From positions 1 through 62,355 of IMG/VR virus record IMGVR_UViG_3300030372_004273: a stretch of DNA of 62,355 bases. One strand, 5' to 3'. Of this stretch, positions 36,635-46,878 are shown one piece after another (within the stretch, counting starts at the first letter, position 1; each line of letters begins with the position of its first letter). The stretch is from a virus. Its lineage: Duplodnaviria; Caudoviricetes. The notes under the pieces were generated by a model. The model was not told where the DNA came from, made no database searches, and saw only the letters and a program-made list of their open reading frames with translations. The translations under genes were made by a program, and so were the position numbers.

Positions 36635-39105
36635 TAACGTCTCCCATCTGGTCTTACTTCTACTCTAGGTGAACCTAACTTCCATTTCATACCTAAAGCA
36701 CTAGAATCAATACGCATTGCAAAAGACCTACCTCTTGCTCGTACATGTAGTTCTTTTGTAAACTGTTCTACTGGCGAGGTAGAAGTTCTAGTTGCTGTGC
36801 CACTACTTGTTTCATGAAAATTAATTCCAGGAAAGTTTCGTGTTTTTATGCTAAACTCAGCCGAAGGGTTGCTTGTATCTACAGAGCCATTAAAAGTTAA
36901 GTCAGGTATTATTCTACTAATCAAAGTAAATTTATCACCATCACCTATGTCTATTGGTGCAGATTCAATAAAAGAAGTTAAAGCAGAACCATCATCGTCA
37001 AAACCAAACTCATGATTGTATAAATAGTTATTTGTTCCTGCACCTATAGGATAATTTTTTACACCTCTATCAAGCCAAGCTGTGCGAGACAATACACCAT
37101 AATACCAAACTTTTTCGTTATAATTGTAAATAACATATTTGTCATTATCACCAGTACCACCATTAGCTATAGAATTACTTTCTGAAGGATAATACCAAAT
37201 TATTTCACCAAACTCACTATTTACTCCTGCCACTACTTTTTCTTTTTGGGCTAAATTAAAATCATTAAAAACTTTATCTTTTACAGAGCATGGCAACTGT
37301 TGAGTTTGACCAGAGTAAACATAGAAATTATCTATACCCATCCAAAACACTACATCTTCTGTTGCTACAGCAGACTTTGCTCCTGCTATAGTAATGTTAG
37401 AAGACAACGATTGTAAACCAAATACTAACGGAGCACCTATAAATCGCATAGAAAATAATGCAGTATCTGTCCATACAAGTATTTCTCGTTTAGTTTCTAC
37501 AGCTTGTACAAATGTAGAACCTGAGCCTAGTCTTAAACTTCCTGCTGTTGTAGTGGCACTGATAGTCCAGTTTTCAGGTGATGCTTGTTGTGACCAACGA
37601 ATTAACAGAGGATCTTGAGTACTTGTTCCATAGGTGTTTGTACCAAAACAAATAACATGACGATCGTTGTTACTTATGATAACTTGTTTAGCAACTGTAG
37701 GAGTGTTAGAAGCACCCCCTAAAGTGCTTAACTCTACAGCTCTAGAACTTAATCCTAAAGACCTATCCCAATAATAAACAGCACTATCTCTTGGGTTTAT
37801 AATTAAATCTTCACCAAAGTTATCATGCGACCATGTTCTAAGTTCTGCTGTTGTAGTTGTATTAGAAGGCATACCCCAACCAGTCGTAGCATCAGTTACC
37901 GTTGCTCCATTAGAATGGGTACTGGCTGTTGTTAAATACATTCCTCGCACACAACCAGTTAAATTATTTGTGCTAACACCACTATAAGTAATTAATTCAG
38001 TACCGATAAGGACAATACCAGAGCTAGGAAAACCAGTAGAACTTGTAAGAGTAATAGTTGTAGCCGTAGCATTTAATCCACTACCCATGTTTATAGTGTT
38101 TGTTTGAGCAGAGGTTAATTGTCCACCCCATATTCCACCACTCCAACCAGTACCACCAACACCTGAATCTAGTCCAACATTTATTTGATAAGTAGCTGTT
38201 ACAGCATTGCCCCCTCCTGCACCACTACTAGATGCAGTAGCATCAACAATAATTTTATATGTACTGCCATCTACTATTTCAGTAATTTGGTGTTCAGCAT
38301 TTATAACAGAAGCATTGACACCGTTTGTGGTTGTAGCTCCTGCGATAACTACAAAGTCATTTTCTACAGCTCCATGATTTGTGTCACTAATAGTTAATGT
38401 TGTTTGAGGAGTACCACCACTACCTGAAGAAACTGTTGTAATAATATTACCCATTCCATTTCCGTGTACTGTACAATAATATCTGTATGGGAAGGGTGCA
38501 GATGTTGGAACAACTATAACAACTTGTGAACCTGAAGTTCCTGGAGCATTTGAACTATAGTTATTAGTTACTCCCGTTGTGTAAGAACTACCACCACTGT
38601 CTTGAAAAGCTAGAGGATGACCACTATTAGAAGAATCACTTAAATCAAAAGTATAAGTAACCCCTCTAGTAAGAGTAAGTGTTGGAGCAACAACACCGTC
38701 TATAGCATATTTGTTGCCACCTGAGTTCACAACAGTAACTGTAAAAGTAACTCCACTTAAAGCATTTGTATTAGTAGAAGTAGCTGTTGTTATGGGATTA
38801 TTGCCTAATGATTGAGCTCCTCCTCGTGTAGGAGTAATATCATTATATGTGCCACCTTCTTCAATATAATATTTTAAATTTGTTCCTATTCCTAAATAGT
38901 TACTTCCATCTAAACTAACCCAATCATGCAACCTTCTAGCTGTTCCCAAATAAGTGTTTTGAGAATACTTTGACCAACCACCTATTTTTTCTGGATAACC
39001 AAAACGGAAACGTATTTTATCGCCATCTGTCCAACCACCTTCATTACTGTAAGCAGTTATTTCTCTATTGATTCCTGGTTTAAATTGTAGCTTCGTTAAA
39101 GGCAT
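36634..39105 (-). CDS. Tail nozzle / head-closure (P22 gp10, T7 gp12-like) protein with inserted domains
   Basis: KPGINRE...KIRFR.G.PEKIGGW N-terminus, LIRWS, GEIIWYYPS, YNY.EKVWYYG.L.RTAW, terminal RPDGRR. Confidence 0.75.
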   Translation of the reverse strand: MPLTKLQFKPGINREITAYSNEGGWTDGDKIRFRFGYPEKIGGWSKYSQNTYLGTARRLHDWVSLDGSNYLGIGTNLKYYIEEGGTYNDITPTRGGAQSLGNNPITTATSTNTNALSGVTFTVTVVNSGGNKYAIDGVVAPTLTLTRGVTYTFDLSDSSNSGHPLAFQDSGGSSYTTGVTNNYSSNAPGTSGSQVVIVVPTSAPFPYRYYCTVHGNGMGNIITTVSSGSGGTPQTTLTISDTNHGAVENDFVVIAGATTTNGVNASVINAEHQITEIVDGSTYKIIVDATASSSGAGGGNAVTATYQINVGLDSGVGGTGWSGGIWGGQLTSAQTNTINMGSGLNATATTITLTSSTGFPSSGIVLIGTELITYSGVSTNNLTGCVRGMYLTTASTHSNGATVTDATTGWGMPSNTTTTAELRTWSHDNFGEDLIINPRDSAVYYWDRSLGLSSRAVELSTLGGASNTPTVAKQVIISNNDRHVICFGTNTYGTSTQDPLLIRWSQQASPENWTISATTTAGSLRLGSGSTFVQAVETKREILVWTDTALFSMRFIGAPLVFGLQSLSSNITIAGAKSAVATEDVVFWMGIDNFYVYSGQTQQLPCSVKDKVFNDFNLAQKEKVVAGVNSEFGEIIWYYPSESNSIANGGTGDNDKYVIYNYNEKVWYYGVLSRTAWLDRGVKNYPIGAGTNNYLYNHEFGFDDDGSALTSFIESAPIDIGDGDKFTLISRIIPDLTFNGSVDTSNPSAEFSIKTRNFPGINFHETSSGTATRTSTSPVEQFTKELHVRARGRSFAMRIDSSALGMKWKLGSPRVEVRPDGRR

Positions 39106-39301
39106 TATGTTTTCCTAAGGGACAGTTACTTCCTTTGAATTTAACTTTTAAAGGCATGATGCACTTGCATTGTTTACAATGTTTCGTTAGTTTTACATAT
39201 TCTTCACAATTTTTACAAATGTTTAATTTCTTTTCAGCTATATCTGATTTTTCTAAAGCACCGAAAAAAGAAGTATTTATTTGCAAATAGGGATTAGGCA
39301 T
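39080..39301 (-). CDS. Small Cys-rich protein
   Basis: CKNC...CKQCKC...CPLGK; likely start MPNPY. Confidence 0.65.
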   Translation of the reverse strand: MPNPYLQINTSFFGALEKSDIAEKKLNICKNCEEYVKLTKHCKQCKCIMPLKVKFKGSNCPLGKHNAFNEATI

Positions 39302-39674
39302 ATTCATTACCAGTAAGTGAAGTTGGAGCAGTATTAGGATTACCATTAAGTTCAATGGCTATAGCTCCTTCTAACCATCTAGAAAAATCAGACAAATGAG
39401 TTATAACACCTCCTGCTTCTGCAACTCTATTATCTCCACCAAAAAGAATAATACAAGGAAGAACTGGAGGAGCAAAAGTTGGTGGCTTTGTAACGTAAAT
39501 TTTAAACCATTTTACATTAGGAAAATTAGGCATAACGTTTTCTATTAATTGTTTTTCAAAAAACAAACAATCTGGTTCTTCTTTTAAATTAAGAAAAACT
39601 GCATTAAACCCATTAGGATTACTTGTTAAATGACTATCTAGTGATTTTAAAGTAATTTCTTGCATTTTAATCAA
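39294..39674 (-). CDS. Thioredoxin-fold-like protein lacking CxxC
   Basis: AVFL...EPDC...VKWFKI...LPCIILF pattern. Confidence 0.45.
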   Translation of the reverse strand: MIKMQEITLKSLDSHLTSNPNGFNAVFLNLKEEPDCLFFEKQLIENVMPNFPNVKWFKIYVTKPPTFAPPVLPCIILFGGDNRVAEAGGVITHLSDFSRWLEGAIAIELNGNPNTAPTSLTGNEYA

Positions 39675-40275
39675 ACTGACCAGATGTTCTAAAACATAAT
39701 CTTACTCTTACTGAGCCATAAGGAAATCCTGATTGTCCACAAAAAACTCCACTTGTACTCATAGAATGAATTAACCACGACCAACCAAGTTGATTAGATG
39801 TTCCATAATAATTTGTTGTCATGCTTGCTCCAAATAAAGCTGAAGTTAAAACAACAGAACCCGAAGAGTCTGCTTCACTTGTAAATCCTGAAGGACAATC
39901 TGGAGGAGCTACACTTCCAGTAAAATTAGGTGCAGACCAACATTGATTACCAAAAGGTTGAGTCATATTTGACTTAACCAAATATAGTTTTGGTGTGCCT
40001 GACAAATTTTGTGGATGATGAAAATGCCCTGTATACATTGTCATACCTGAAACACTACCAAGATGTGCATAAACAGATTGTTTTTCAGCAGATGTATTAG
40101 CAGGGATAAATATTGTTGATCCCGTTCTATTTTCAAACTGGCAGGAAATGCCCGATAGAGCGGCTTTAGCTATAAAATTTGTTGTTCTATTACCCATCTC
40201 TAACACGGGAGAACCTGAATTAGTTGTCAAACTAAAAGCTGTACCATTAATTCCAGTTAAAGTTGTAAAAGTCAT
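39667..40275 (-). CDS. Putative tail fibre tip / accessory protein
   Basis: Ser/Thr/Gly-rich; ATGA-coupled to the fibre gene. Confidence 0.55.
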   Translation of the reverse strand: MTFTTLTGINGTAFSLTTNSGSPVLEMGNRTTNFIAKAALSGISCQFENRTGSTIFIPANTSAEKQSVYAHLGSVSGMTMYTGHFHHPQNLSGTPKLYLVKSNMTQPFGNQCWSAPNFTGSVAPPDCPSGFTSEADSSGSVVLTSALFGASMTTNYYGTSNQLGWSWLIHSMSTSGVFCGQSGFPYGSVRVRLCFRTSGQFD

Positions 40276-41669
40276 TTTTTCAGTTCATCTATTTGTTTTT
40301 GTTGATCTTTAACAGCTTCTATTAAAAGACCAATCAAATGTCCATAATTAACAGTTTTAGTATCCATACTATCGGATTGTGCAACAAGTTCTGGAAGTAC
40401 TTTTTCAACTTCTTGAGCGATTAATCCTATATCTTTTTTACCTTCTTGTGTAGAGTTTTCATTCCATGTATAACTCACACCTCTTAATTGTTTAATTTTT
40501 TCAATAGGTTCTTCTATAGTTTTAATATCTTTTTTTAAACTTTCGTCAGAAGAATACATAAAACTTCCTGCAGTGATTGTGCCTGTCGCTGTTAAATGTC
40601 TAAACGACCCTATGTCTTTATTACCATCAACAACAACTGCTTTAGAAGCTACGACTGTTCCTCCAGAAGAACCATCAAGAAAGTTTATTTCAGTTGCTGT
40701 AGAAGTTATTGCAGTTCCACCTAATGTTATCGAGCCAGAAACATCAAGGTTTCCATCAAGATCTACTGTAGGAGCTACGAAAAAAAGTGTGCCATCTGCA
40801 ACTAATTTAAGGACACCATCCGCTGACTGGTGTATATATGTGCCACTATCACCAAATTGTAATTGTCTTGAACTGTTTAACAACAAGGCAGTATCATGAA
40901 CATGAGTTAAGGTTGTGTCACCATCTACACCAAAAGATAAAGAGATATTATCAAGAACTAATTGAAGATTTCCTGCACTTGTTAGTTTTAATTTAGTTGT
41001 TGCAGGAGCATCTAAACCAGTTTTAAATTCAAGAGTGGTTGGGTTAGCCGTTGCAGAAAAAGTATTTTCAGCTACAGCTTCTATGGAAGCAGAAACTTCA
41101 ACAGCATCACCACTATCCGAATCGGCTGAAGATCTATACTGTAATTTACCTAAAACATCATTAGCTGTTATATCTGTGTCACTTGAGCGTAAAGTTAGTA
41201 CACCACCCGAGCTAGTTGTAATAAAAACATTTTCTCCAAACGAACTGGTGCTTGTTTCTATTACTGCAACATCTGCTCCTGCCCCACCTCCATTTGCAAA
41301 CACAATCGCAGTTTTACCATTCGCTACTGTAACTGTCGTGCCACTACCTTGTTTAATAATAACATTATGTCCACCAGAAGTAGAGTTTTTACAAAACAAT
41401 ATTTTTTGTTGATCATTAGGCTCTATGGTAACTGTATTATCCCCACTAGGACTACCATTGAAAATAATAAGTTTATACATGCCATCAGACAATGTTCCAT
41501 CTGTAGTGGTTAGAGTATGAGTTGTTCCTGAAATAGTTACAGTACCAACACCGTTGATTAAACGATCTATTATATCTAAGTTTAAATTAGTAGTTGTTCC
41601 CCAAGTTCCTGCTTGATCACCAGTTCCTATTTTTTCTATACCACCGTTAGTTGTATATGTACTTGCCAT
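40272..41669 (-). CDS. Tail fibre with C-terminal peptidase S74 intramolecular chaperone
   Basis: GDQAGTWGTTTNLN N-terminus; SDESLKKDI...GLIAQEVEKVLPELV...LIEAVK. Confidence 0.85.
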   Translation of the reverse strand: MASTYTTNGGIEKIGTGDQAGTWGTTTNLNLDIIDRLINGVGTVTISGTTHTLTTTDGTLSDGMYKLIIFNGSPSGDNTVTIEPNDQQKILFCKNSTSGGHNVIIKQGSGTTVTVANGKTAIVFANGGGAGADVAVIETSTSSFGENVFITTSSGGVLTLRSSDTDITANDVLGKLQYRSSADSDSGDAVEVSASIEAVAENTFSATANPTTLEFKTGLDAPATTKLKLTSAGNLQLVLDNISLSFGVDGDTTLTHVHDTALLLNSSRQLQFGDSGTYIHQSADGVLKLVADGTLFFVAPTVDLDGNLDVSGSITLGGTAITSTATEINFLDGSSGGTVVASKAVVVDGNKDIGSFRHLTATGTITAGSFMYSSDESLKKDIKTIEEPIEKIKQLRGVSYTWNENSTQEGKKDIGLIAQEVEKVLPELVAQSDSMDTKTVNYGHLIGLLIEAVKDQQKQIDELKK

Positions 41670-41678
41670 CTTATTCTC

Positions 41679-42266
41679 CTACACGTCTAAATTTGTCCAA
41701 GTATTTGTATTGGAAGGTGTTACTTCTGTCCATGTTCCCCCAGTTGGTGTTACTTCTGTCCATGTTCCCCCAGTTGGTGTAATAGGTGTCCATAATAATC
41801 TACCGTCTGTTGTTACTATAAAATGGGAACTAAGTCCTGCAACTCCAGAAGCAATATATATTCCAGAAGTTGTTTGCGTAAACGTAAAATCTAATGACGC
41901 TATTGCTGTCCTTACTCTATTACCAATCGCAGTAGATGTAAAGCTAAACAATAAATCAGCTTCACCTGAAGCTATATAAACAGCGTCCGAATCTAAAGTA
42001 AAATTAGTTGATTGTTCAGAAACACCTGATGCAATATACATTCCATCGGCATTTTTGGTAAAACTAAAATCAAGTTGACTTAGTCCTGCACTTTTTATTA
42101 TAGCATTAGCCGTAGCTATAAAGTTAGCTGATAAAGAAGCTGTGCCATTGTATACTCTGTTGCCTACATTTACTTTCGTAAATGTACCGATCATACTAGA
42201 GGAGCCAAAAAATAAAGTGCCTTGTACTCCTATGGCACGTTCACTTAAAGCTAGCTCACCTAACAT
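41679..42266 (-). CDS. Virion structural protein
   Basis: Repeated YIASG units; C-terminal TPTGGTWTEV repeats. Confidence 0.65.
   Translation of the reverse strand: MLGELALSERAIGVQGTLFFGSSSMIGTFTKVNVGNRVYNGTASLSANFIATANAIIKSAGLSQLDFSFTKNADGMYIASGVSEQSTNFTLDSDAVYIASGEADLLFSFTSTAIGNRVRTAIASLDFTFTQTTSGIYIASGVAGLSSHFIVTTDGRLLWTPITPTGGTWTEVTPTGGTWTEVTPSNTNTWTNLDV
41716..41780. repeat. 30-bp perfect tandem repeat (about 2.2 copies), in frame
   Basis: GGTGTTACTTCTGTCCATGTTCCCCCAGTT twice, plus GGTGT. Confidence 0.9.
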
Positions 42267-42274
42267 AAATTATC

Positions 42275-42544
42275 CTACTCTGGTTTTTTGCTTGCTTCTT
42301 TGTTTACTTCTTCAGCAGTTTTTACAACTTTCAAATCAAAGGCTTGTGCAACTTGTGCATCTTCTCCAGTAGCTATTTGAATACTATTTGCATTACAATG
42401 TGCTGTGTTAAGAGCAATAATTTCATCTTTAGCTATTCTTGCTCTATTTTTTAAAGCATTTTCTACCCACTCTTGAGTAGATAAAGCACAGTAAGACATA
42501 GCCTTATCTTCTGTGTCTGTTAATTTTACTGTATAATCTGCCAT
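42275..42544 (-). CDS. Small tail-fibre-associated protein
   Basis: EW..NA..NRARIA.DEI motif; located in the fibre module. Confidence 0.7.
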   Translation of the reverse strand: MADYTVKLTDTEDKAMSYCALSTQEWVENALKNRARIAKDEIIALNTAHCNANSIQIATGEDAQVAQAFDLKVVKTAEEVNKEASKKPE

Positions 42545-42562
42545 AATTTTTCCTTATATTTA

Positions 42563-43402
42563 TTAAGCTATTAGTGAAATACTTGCTCCACCAAAAGTAC
42601 CTTCATGGAATTGCACATCAGTACCACCACATTGAAAATTAAATCTAATCGTGTCATTAGCACTAGCTTGTATAATTGTACTGCTACTAATATTTTGCCA
42701 AGCCGTGTGTACGTCATTATAGGCAGTACATATGATAGTAGAATTATGTTTTGTATACATAGCTACCCAAGTAGACGAAGATGAATAAAATAAACCAAAA
42801 AGAGTACAATGATATTTACCAGCATATGGAACTGTAAAAATATTTGATGACACATGATTTCCATTATTTATATAATTACTAAATGGAATTACTTGGTCGG
42901 TAGTCATTGTGTAACCATTTGACGTTCTTACTCTTGTTGAACTCCTTTGTGCTGACCACATAGGTGTTTGTGGTGCTATAAGATAACCAGCACTTGTTAC
43001 ATCAAAAAGTGTAGTAGAACCATTAAGTAATGACATTGCACCATTGCCATAAAGTCTAAAACAATCAAAAGCATTACCACTGTTTAAATTTGAGTTTGTT
43101 GTTGTAACAGCTATTACTTGTCCATCACCTTGATTTTGACCTGCATTTTTAATATGTAATCCTTGTTTATCTCCAGGATTACCACCTTCACCAGTTTGTT
43201 CTAAAACCATTGTTGGTAAATTAGTTGCACCACTTTGTTTTACATGGACAACACCATTTGCTGTATTGTGACCAGAAGAGTTTAAAAAAGTTCCATTAGT
43301 GGTATTGCTTGTAGTTGTTGATATTGTACCAGTTGTATTTATAACTTGATTTGCTTTTGTGCTAGTTCCTAAAAAATTAGCAAGGTTTCGTGCATTACTC
43401 AT
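42563..43402 (-). CDS. Tail fibre / receptor-binding protein with C1q-like C-terminus
   Basis: MSNARNLA start; FTVPYAGKY; beta-sandwich end. Confidence 0.7.
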   Translation of the reverse strand: MSNARNLANFLGTSTKANQVINTTGTISTTTSNTTNGTFLNSSGHNTANGVVHVKQSGATNLPTMVLEQTGEGGNPGDKQGLHIKNAGQNQGDGQVIAVTTTNSNLNSGNAFDCFRLYGNGAMSLLNGSTTLFDVTSAGYLIAPQTPMWSAQRSSTRVRTSNGYTMTTDQVIPFSNYINNGNHVSSNIFTVPYAGKYHCTLFGLFYSSSSTWVAMYTKHNSTIICTAYNDVHTAWQNISSSTIIQASANDTIRFNFQCGGTDVQFHEGTFGGASISLIA

Positions 43403-45066
43403 GCTTCCTCCAGTGCTTTAACTTTGGCTTCTAGTGTTTCTATTCTTGTCATTGCTTCTTGTAAGGCTTTAACTGCTTTCATGTAAAGAATACTATCTTT
43501 AACATTTTTAACATTTGACTTTACTTCTTTAACATCACCATCTTCATTTAAAGTTCCAAACTCCGAACTATGTTTTATTTCTTGTGCTTCTGGTGGAGTT
43601 TCAAAAACTAAATTAGGACAAACTTTTTCTACATCTTGTGCAACTAAACCTAGCTGTTTTAAATCTGGATTATCAAATTTAGTAAAGTTCTTAAACTTTA
43701 ATGCCTTTATATCTTCCCATTGTGATTTAGCATCTACTATATCAGACTTTAATCTTTCATCAGAAAATGAAGTATAAGTTCCAGTTGAGTTTTTAAGTGT
43801 TCCACTAGAAAATATTTTCATCCTACCATTACCTTGTGAAACACATGATAGAAAATAGTTGTCAGTATTATTTACGTTTACATTTGGAAATTCTATGTAA
43901 ACTCCATAAGGTGCTGAACTATGAAGATTTTGAAAATATTGTGCTACTGAATTTCTTGTGTTTTTAAAAATTGAATATTCATTTAAAATAGAAGCTATTG
44001 TAGTAAGAGTTGCATTTTGTCCTGCATTTACGTTTGCTGAATATTGATAATGAAAAACTCCAGAAGTATCTATATTAATAGCACTACCAGCACCATTTTC
44101 TTTAGCTACCCAACTACTTCCATTATAGTATCTATTTTTAACTATGTATAAAGAACCACCATCATACTCACCATAAAATGCTTGATCACCTACATCTACA
44201 CCTTTCATATTTGTGTCGTGTGAATAGGTAGCACCATTTTCAACACCAATACCATTAGCTGTAGTTTCTAATTTTTTAACATCATCATAGTAAAGACTAA
44301 CTGCACCATCAGCTACAGCATTTATCATGGTTTCTCCAGTATACTTGTGCATAGTTACTCGGCTACTTCTTATAAATAAAGAACCATCATCAGCTTCATC
44401 TATAAATGAACCAGTACCAGGAGTATGATATATCTGTAAATCATTACCAGTGCCTACTTTAATTTTAGCATTATCCGGAAGGTTAACCCCACCACTATGA
44501 GTTGTAGCTCCAGTAAAAGTTCCACCAGTGCTAGCAGGGACTGTGTCAGCTAATTGTACTGTATTATATGCTAATACAACCAACTCATCACTTGTTGTAG
44601 CTCCTGATCCTAATACAACAGAAGTACCATTCGTAGCTGTGTAGTCTGTTTGATCTAAACGCACCCCATTTAAAAATACATCAATATCTTCAACAGTATA
44701 AGAAAGTGTTAAACCATTAGAGTCTTCTCCTGAAAAAGTTTGCTGACCATTAGTAGCTACGTATCTATATCGTATAATTCTTTTATAATTAGTAGCAACA
44801 TCAACAGACCTACCTAAATAACGTATAATAATATTATCACCGTTTGCAGGAGGTCCAGTGAAAGTAATTGTATTACCAGAAGCTGTATAAGCTCCTGCTA
44901 TACCTTGATGAGTAGGTTGTTGAACAACATTACCAACTAATACAATTATACTTTGACCATCAGGAACTGTTTGGTCTAATGTAAAACTTGTAGCAGAACC
45001 ATTTGCACTCGTTATAATTTGAGTTGCTACTGTTCCTGCGTTTGGTGATACTCCTATATATGCCAT
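43399..45066 (-). CDS. Tail fibre with peptidase S74 chaperone
   Basis: MAYIG.SP start; DVFLNGVRL..TDYTATNGTSV; SDERLKSDI...LGLVAQDVE...RIETLE. Confidence 0.85.
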   Translation of the reverse strand: MAYIGVSPNAGTVATQIITSANGSATSFTLDQTVPDGQSIIVLVGNVVQQPTHQGIAGAYTASGNTITFTGPPANGDNIIIRYLGRSVDVATNYKRIIRYRYVATNGQQTFSGEDSNGLTLSYTVEDIDVFLNGVRLDQTDYTATNGTSVVLGSGATTSDELVVLAYNTVQLADTVPASTGGTFTGATTHSGGVNLPDNAKIKVGTGNDLQIYHTPGTGSFIDEADDGSLFIRSSRVTMHKYTGETMINAVADGAVSLYYDDVKKLETTANGIGVENGATYSHDTNMKGVDVGDQAFYGEYDGGSLYIVKNRYYNGSSWVAKENGAGSAINIDTSGVFHYQYSANVNAGQNATLTTIASILNEYSIFKNTRNSVAQYFQNLHSSAPYGVYIEFPNVNVNNTDNYFLSCVSQGNGRMKIFSSGTLKNSTGTYTSFSDERLKSDIVDAKSQWEDIKALKFKNFTKFDNPDLKQLGLVAQDVEKVCPNLVFETPPEAQEIKHSSEFGTLNEDGDVKEVKSNVKNVKDSILYMKAVKALQEAMTRIETLEAKVKALEEA

Positions 45067-45785
45067 TATGATCTTATTCCATATAAACTAAATTTACCTT
45101 GATTAATATTACCACTATTAGCTGTGAACTTTAGATTATTTATTTTTGTTCTATCACTGTTTGATGAGCCTATAATTTTTGCACCACCAGTCCACCAGTA
45201 GTCGTTGCCAGTATTATGACCACCATCATTATCATGTGCATTATGACAACTAAAATACATTGCTTTAAAACCAGTAGTTTGTCTTAATCCAATAAAATTT
45301 ATATCTGCACTAAGACCTTTGTTTGCAGTATTTTCTGTGCCAGCACCTATTTGTACTTTAGCTTCACTATTTCCATTTGTTCCTGCAGTACCAGAAGCAA
45401 GAGATGCCTTTAAATCTGCATAAGTCATATGTTGCTCAATAAATATATCATAAGTTGAACCATTATTATCTGATGGATGAACAAAAAGTGCTTGTCCATT
45501 TGTTACTGGTGCATAATTCCTTATAACAACTTTGTAATCCATATAAGTATCTGTAATATGGCTAGATGTAAAAGTTACTGCAGATTGATTAGATGCAGTT
45601 ATTGTATGTATTAAAGCAAAGTCAGAAGCAACTTTAGTTGCTTCAATCCCTGCACTTGCATTAACTTCTGTGTTTGTAACAGCTCCTGCTCCAATCTTTG
45701 CATTAGTTACAGCATCATCAACTATTTTAGCTGTAGTTATTGAATTGTCAGCTATTAAATTTGCACTTATTGTTGATAATGCCAT
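45066..45785 (-). CDS. Tail fibre-like protein
   Basis: ITTAKI/VTNAKI repeats; GKFSLYGI end. Confidence 0.7.
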   Translation of the reverse strand: MALSTISANLIADNSITTAKIVDDAVTNAKIGAGAVTNTEVNASAGIEATKVASDFALIHTITASNQSAVTFTSSHITDTYMDYKVVIRNYAPVTNGQALFVHPSDNNGSTYDIFIEQHMTYADLKASLASGTAGTNGNSEAKVQIGAGTENTANKGLSADINFIGLRQTTGFKAMYFSCHNAHDNDGGHNTGNDYWWTGGAKIIGSSNSDRTKINNLKFTANSGNINQGKFSLYGIRS

Positions 45786-46357
45786 TATGTTTCTCCTAAT
45801 TTAAAAAATTGTACATATGTATTATTTGCAGTTGTGCTTCCTTGTATCCAAACATTAGATGGACTTTCAAAATTTACTAAAAATTTAATCTTACAATTTG
45901 TTGTATTTGTAACATCAAATTGAGCACTTGTAGAACCACCAGTATGCATATAACTAGAAGCCCATGGAATAGGAAAAGAATGATACATATTTGTATAATA
46001 ATTTGAATTATCATTTGTAACTTGAGCATACATATCATTTACTCTTGTAAAAGAATTTGAATAAACATACAGATGAAAATTTATTAAATACTTACCAGTA
46101 CTTGGAAAAGAAAATACACCAGAAGAATTTGTCATTCCAGTTCCTATTTTTTGAAAACTGTTATCGTTTCTTTCCCAACTATTTAATGTACCAGTTATAT
46201 TATTAGGATTAGTATTAAATCTAAACTCATCAGCTTCAGTTATACCATTGGTAACTCCAGTTAATTTAGAAAAAGCTATTCCTGCACTCGCATTAATTTG
46301 AGTATTAGTTATGGCTCCGTCTGTTATACTGTTTGCAATTATCTTGCTTAGTGGCAT
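45785..46357 (-). CDS. Tail fibre-like protein
   Basis: GITEADEFR, GVFSFPSTGKYLI, F.KLGET end. Confidence 0.7.
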   Translation of the reverse strand: MPLSKIIANSITDGAITNTQINASAGIAFSKLTGVTNGITEADEFRFNTNPNNITGTLNSWERNDNSFQKIGTGMTNSSGVFSFPSTGKYLINFHLYVYSNSFTRVNDMYAQVTNDNSNYYTNMYHSFPIPWASSYMHTGGSTSAQFDVTNTTNCKIKFLVNFESPSNVWIQGSTTANNTYVQFFKLGET

Positions 46358-46365
46358 AATTTATC

Positions 46366-46869
46366 CTATTGTGCAATTTCCATGACTGTTAAAGTTGATG
46401 GAAAATTCTCATTATTTCCTTTATCTCTGTTATAATAAAAATTACCACCATTGTAATTGTTAGCTTGTACAAAATATGATACTTGTGCTGTAGCACCTGG
46501 ACTATCTATAAATTGTGGTAATACTGAACCTATAATACCATTTACATCAGCACTAGCTGTTCCTCTAATTGCAGTGCAACCTACTCTACCTACATTTGCT
46601 CCAACACCAATAACAGTTGTTATATTACCTTGAGTGCGTGCATATCTAAAAATAACTAAATAACTATCTGTATCATGGTCTACACAACCTAATTGTCCAG
46701 ATATAAGCATTTTACTATTAGAAAGTTTAGGTGTTATATCTACTTGTAAGCCACCTAAATTAAACCATGTATTTGAACTGGTATAAATATGAGCAGTTGT
46801 TGCATAACCTTGTTTAACTTGAACTATTGAACCAGTTGGATAAATTCCAGAAGTTGATATTCCTGTCAT
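46366..46869 (-). CDS. Tail fibre-like protein
   Basis: GSIVQVKQ, ITP..SNSKMLI, STLTVMEIA end. Confidence 0.7.
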   Translation of the reverse strand: MTGISTSGIYPTGSIVQVKQGYATTAHIYTSSNTWFNLGGLQVDITPKLSNSKMLISGQLGCVDHDTDSYLVIFRYARTQGNITTVIGVGANVGRVGCTAIRGTASADVNGIIGSVLPQFIDSPGATAQVSYFVQANNYNGGNFYYNRDKGNNENFPSTLTVMEIAQ

Positions 46870-46878
46870 ATAATTTGC

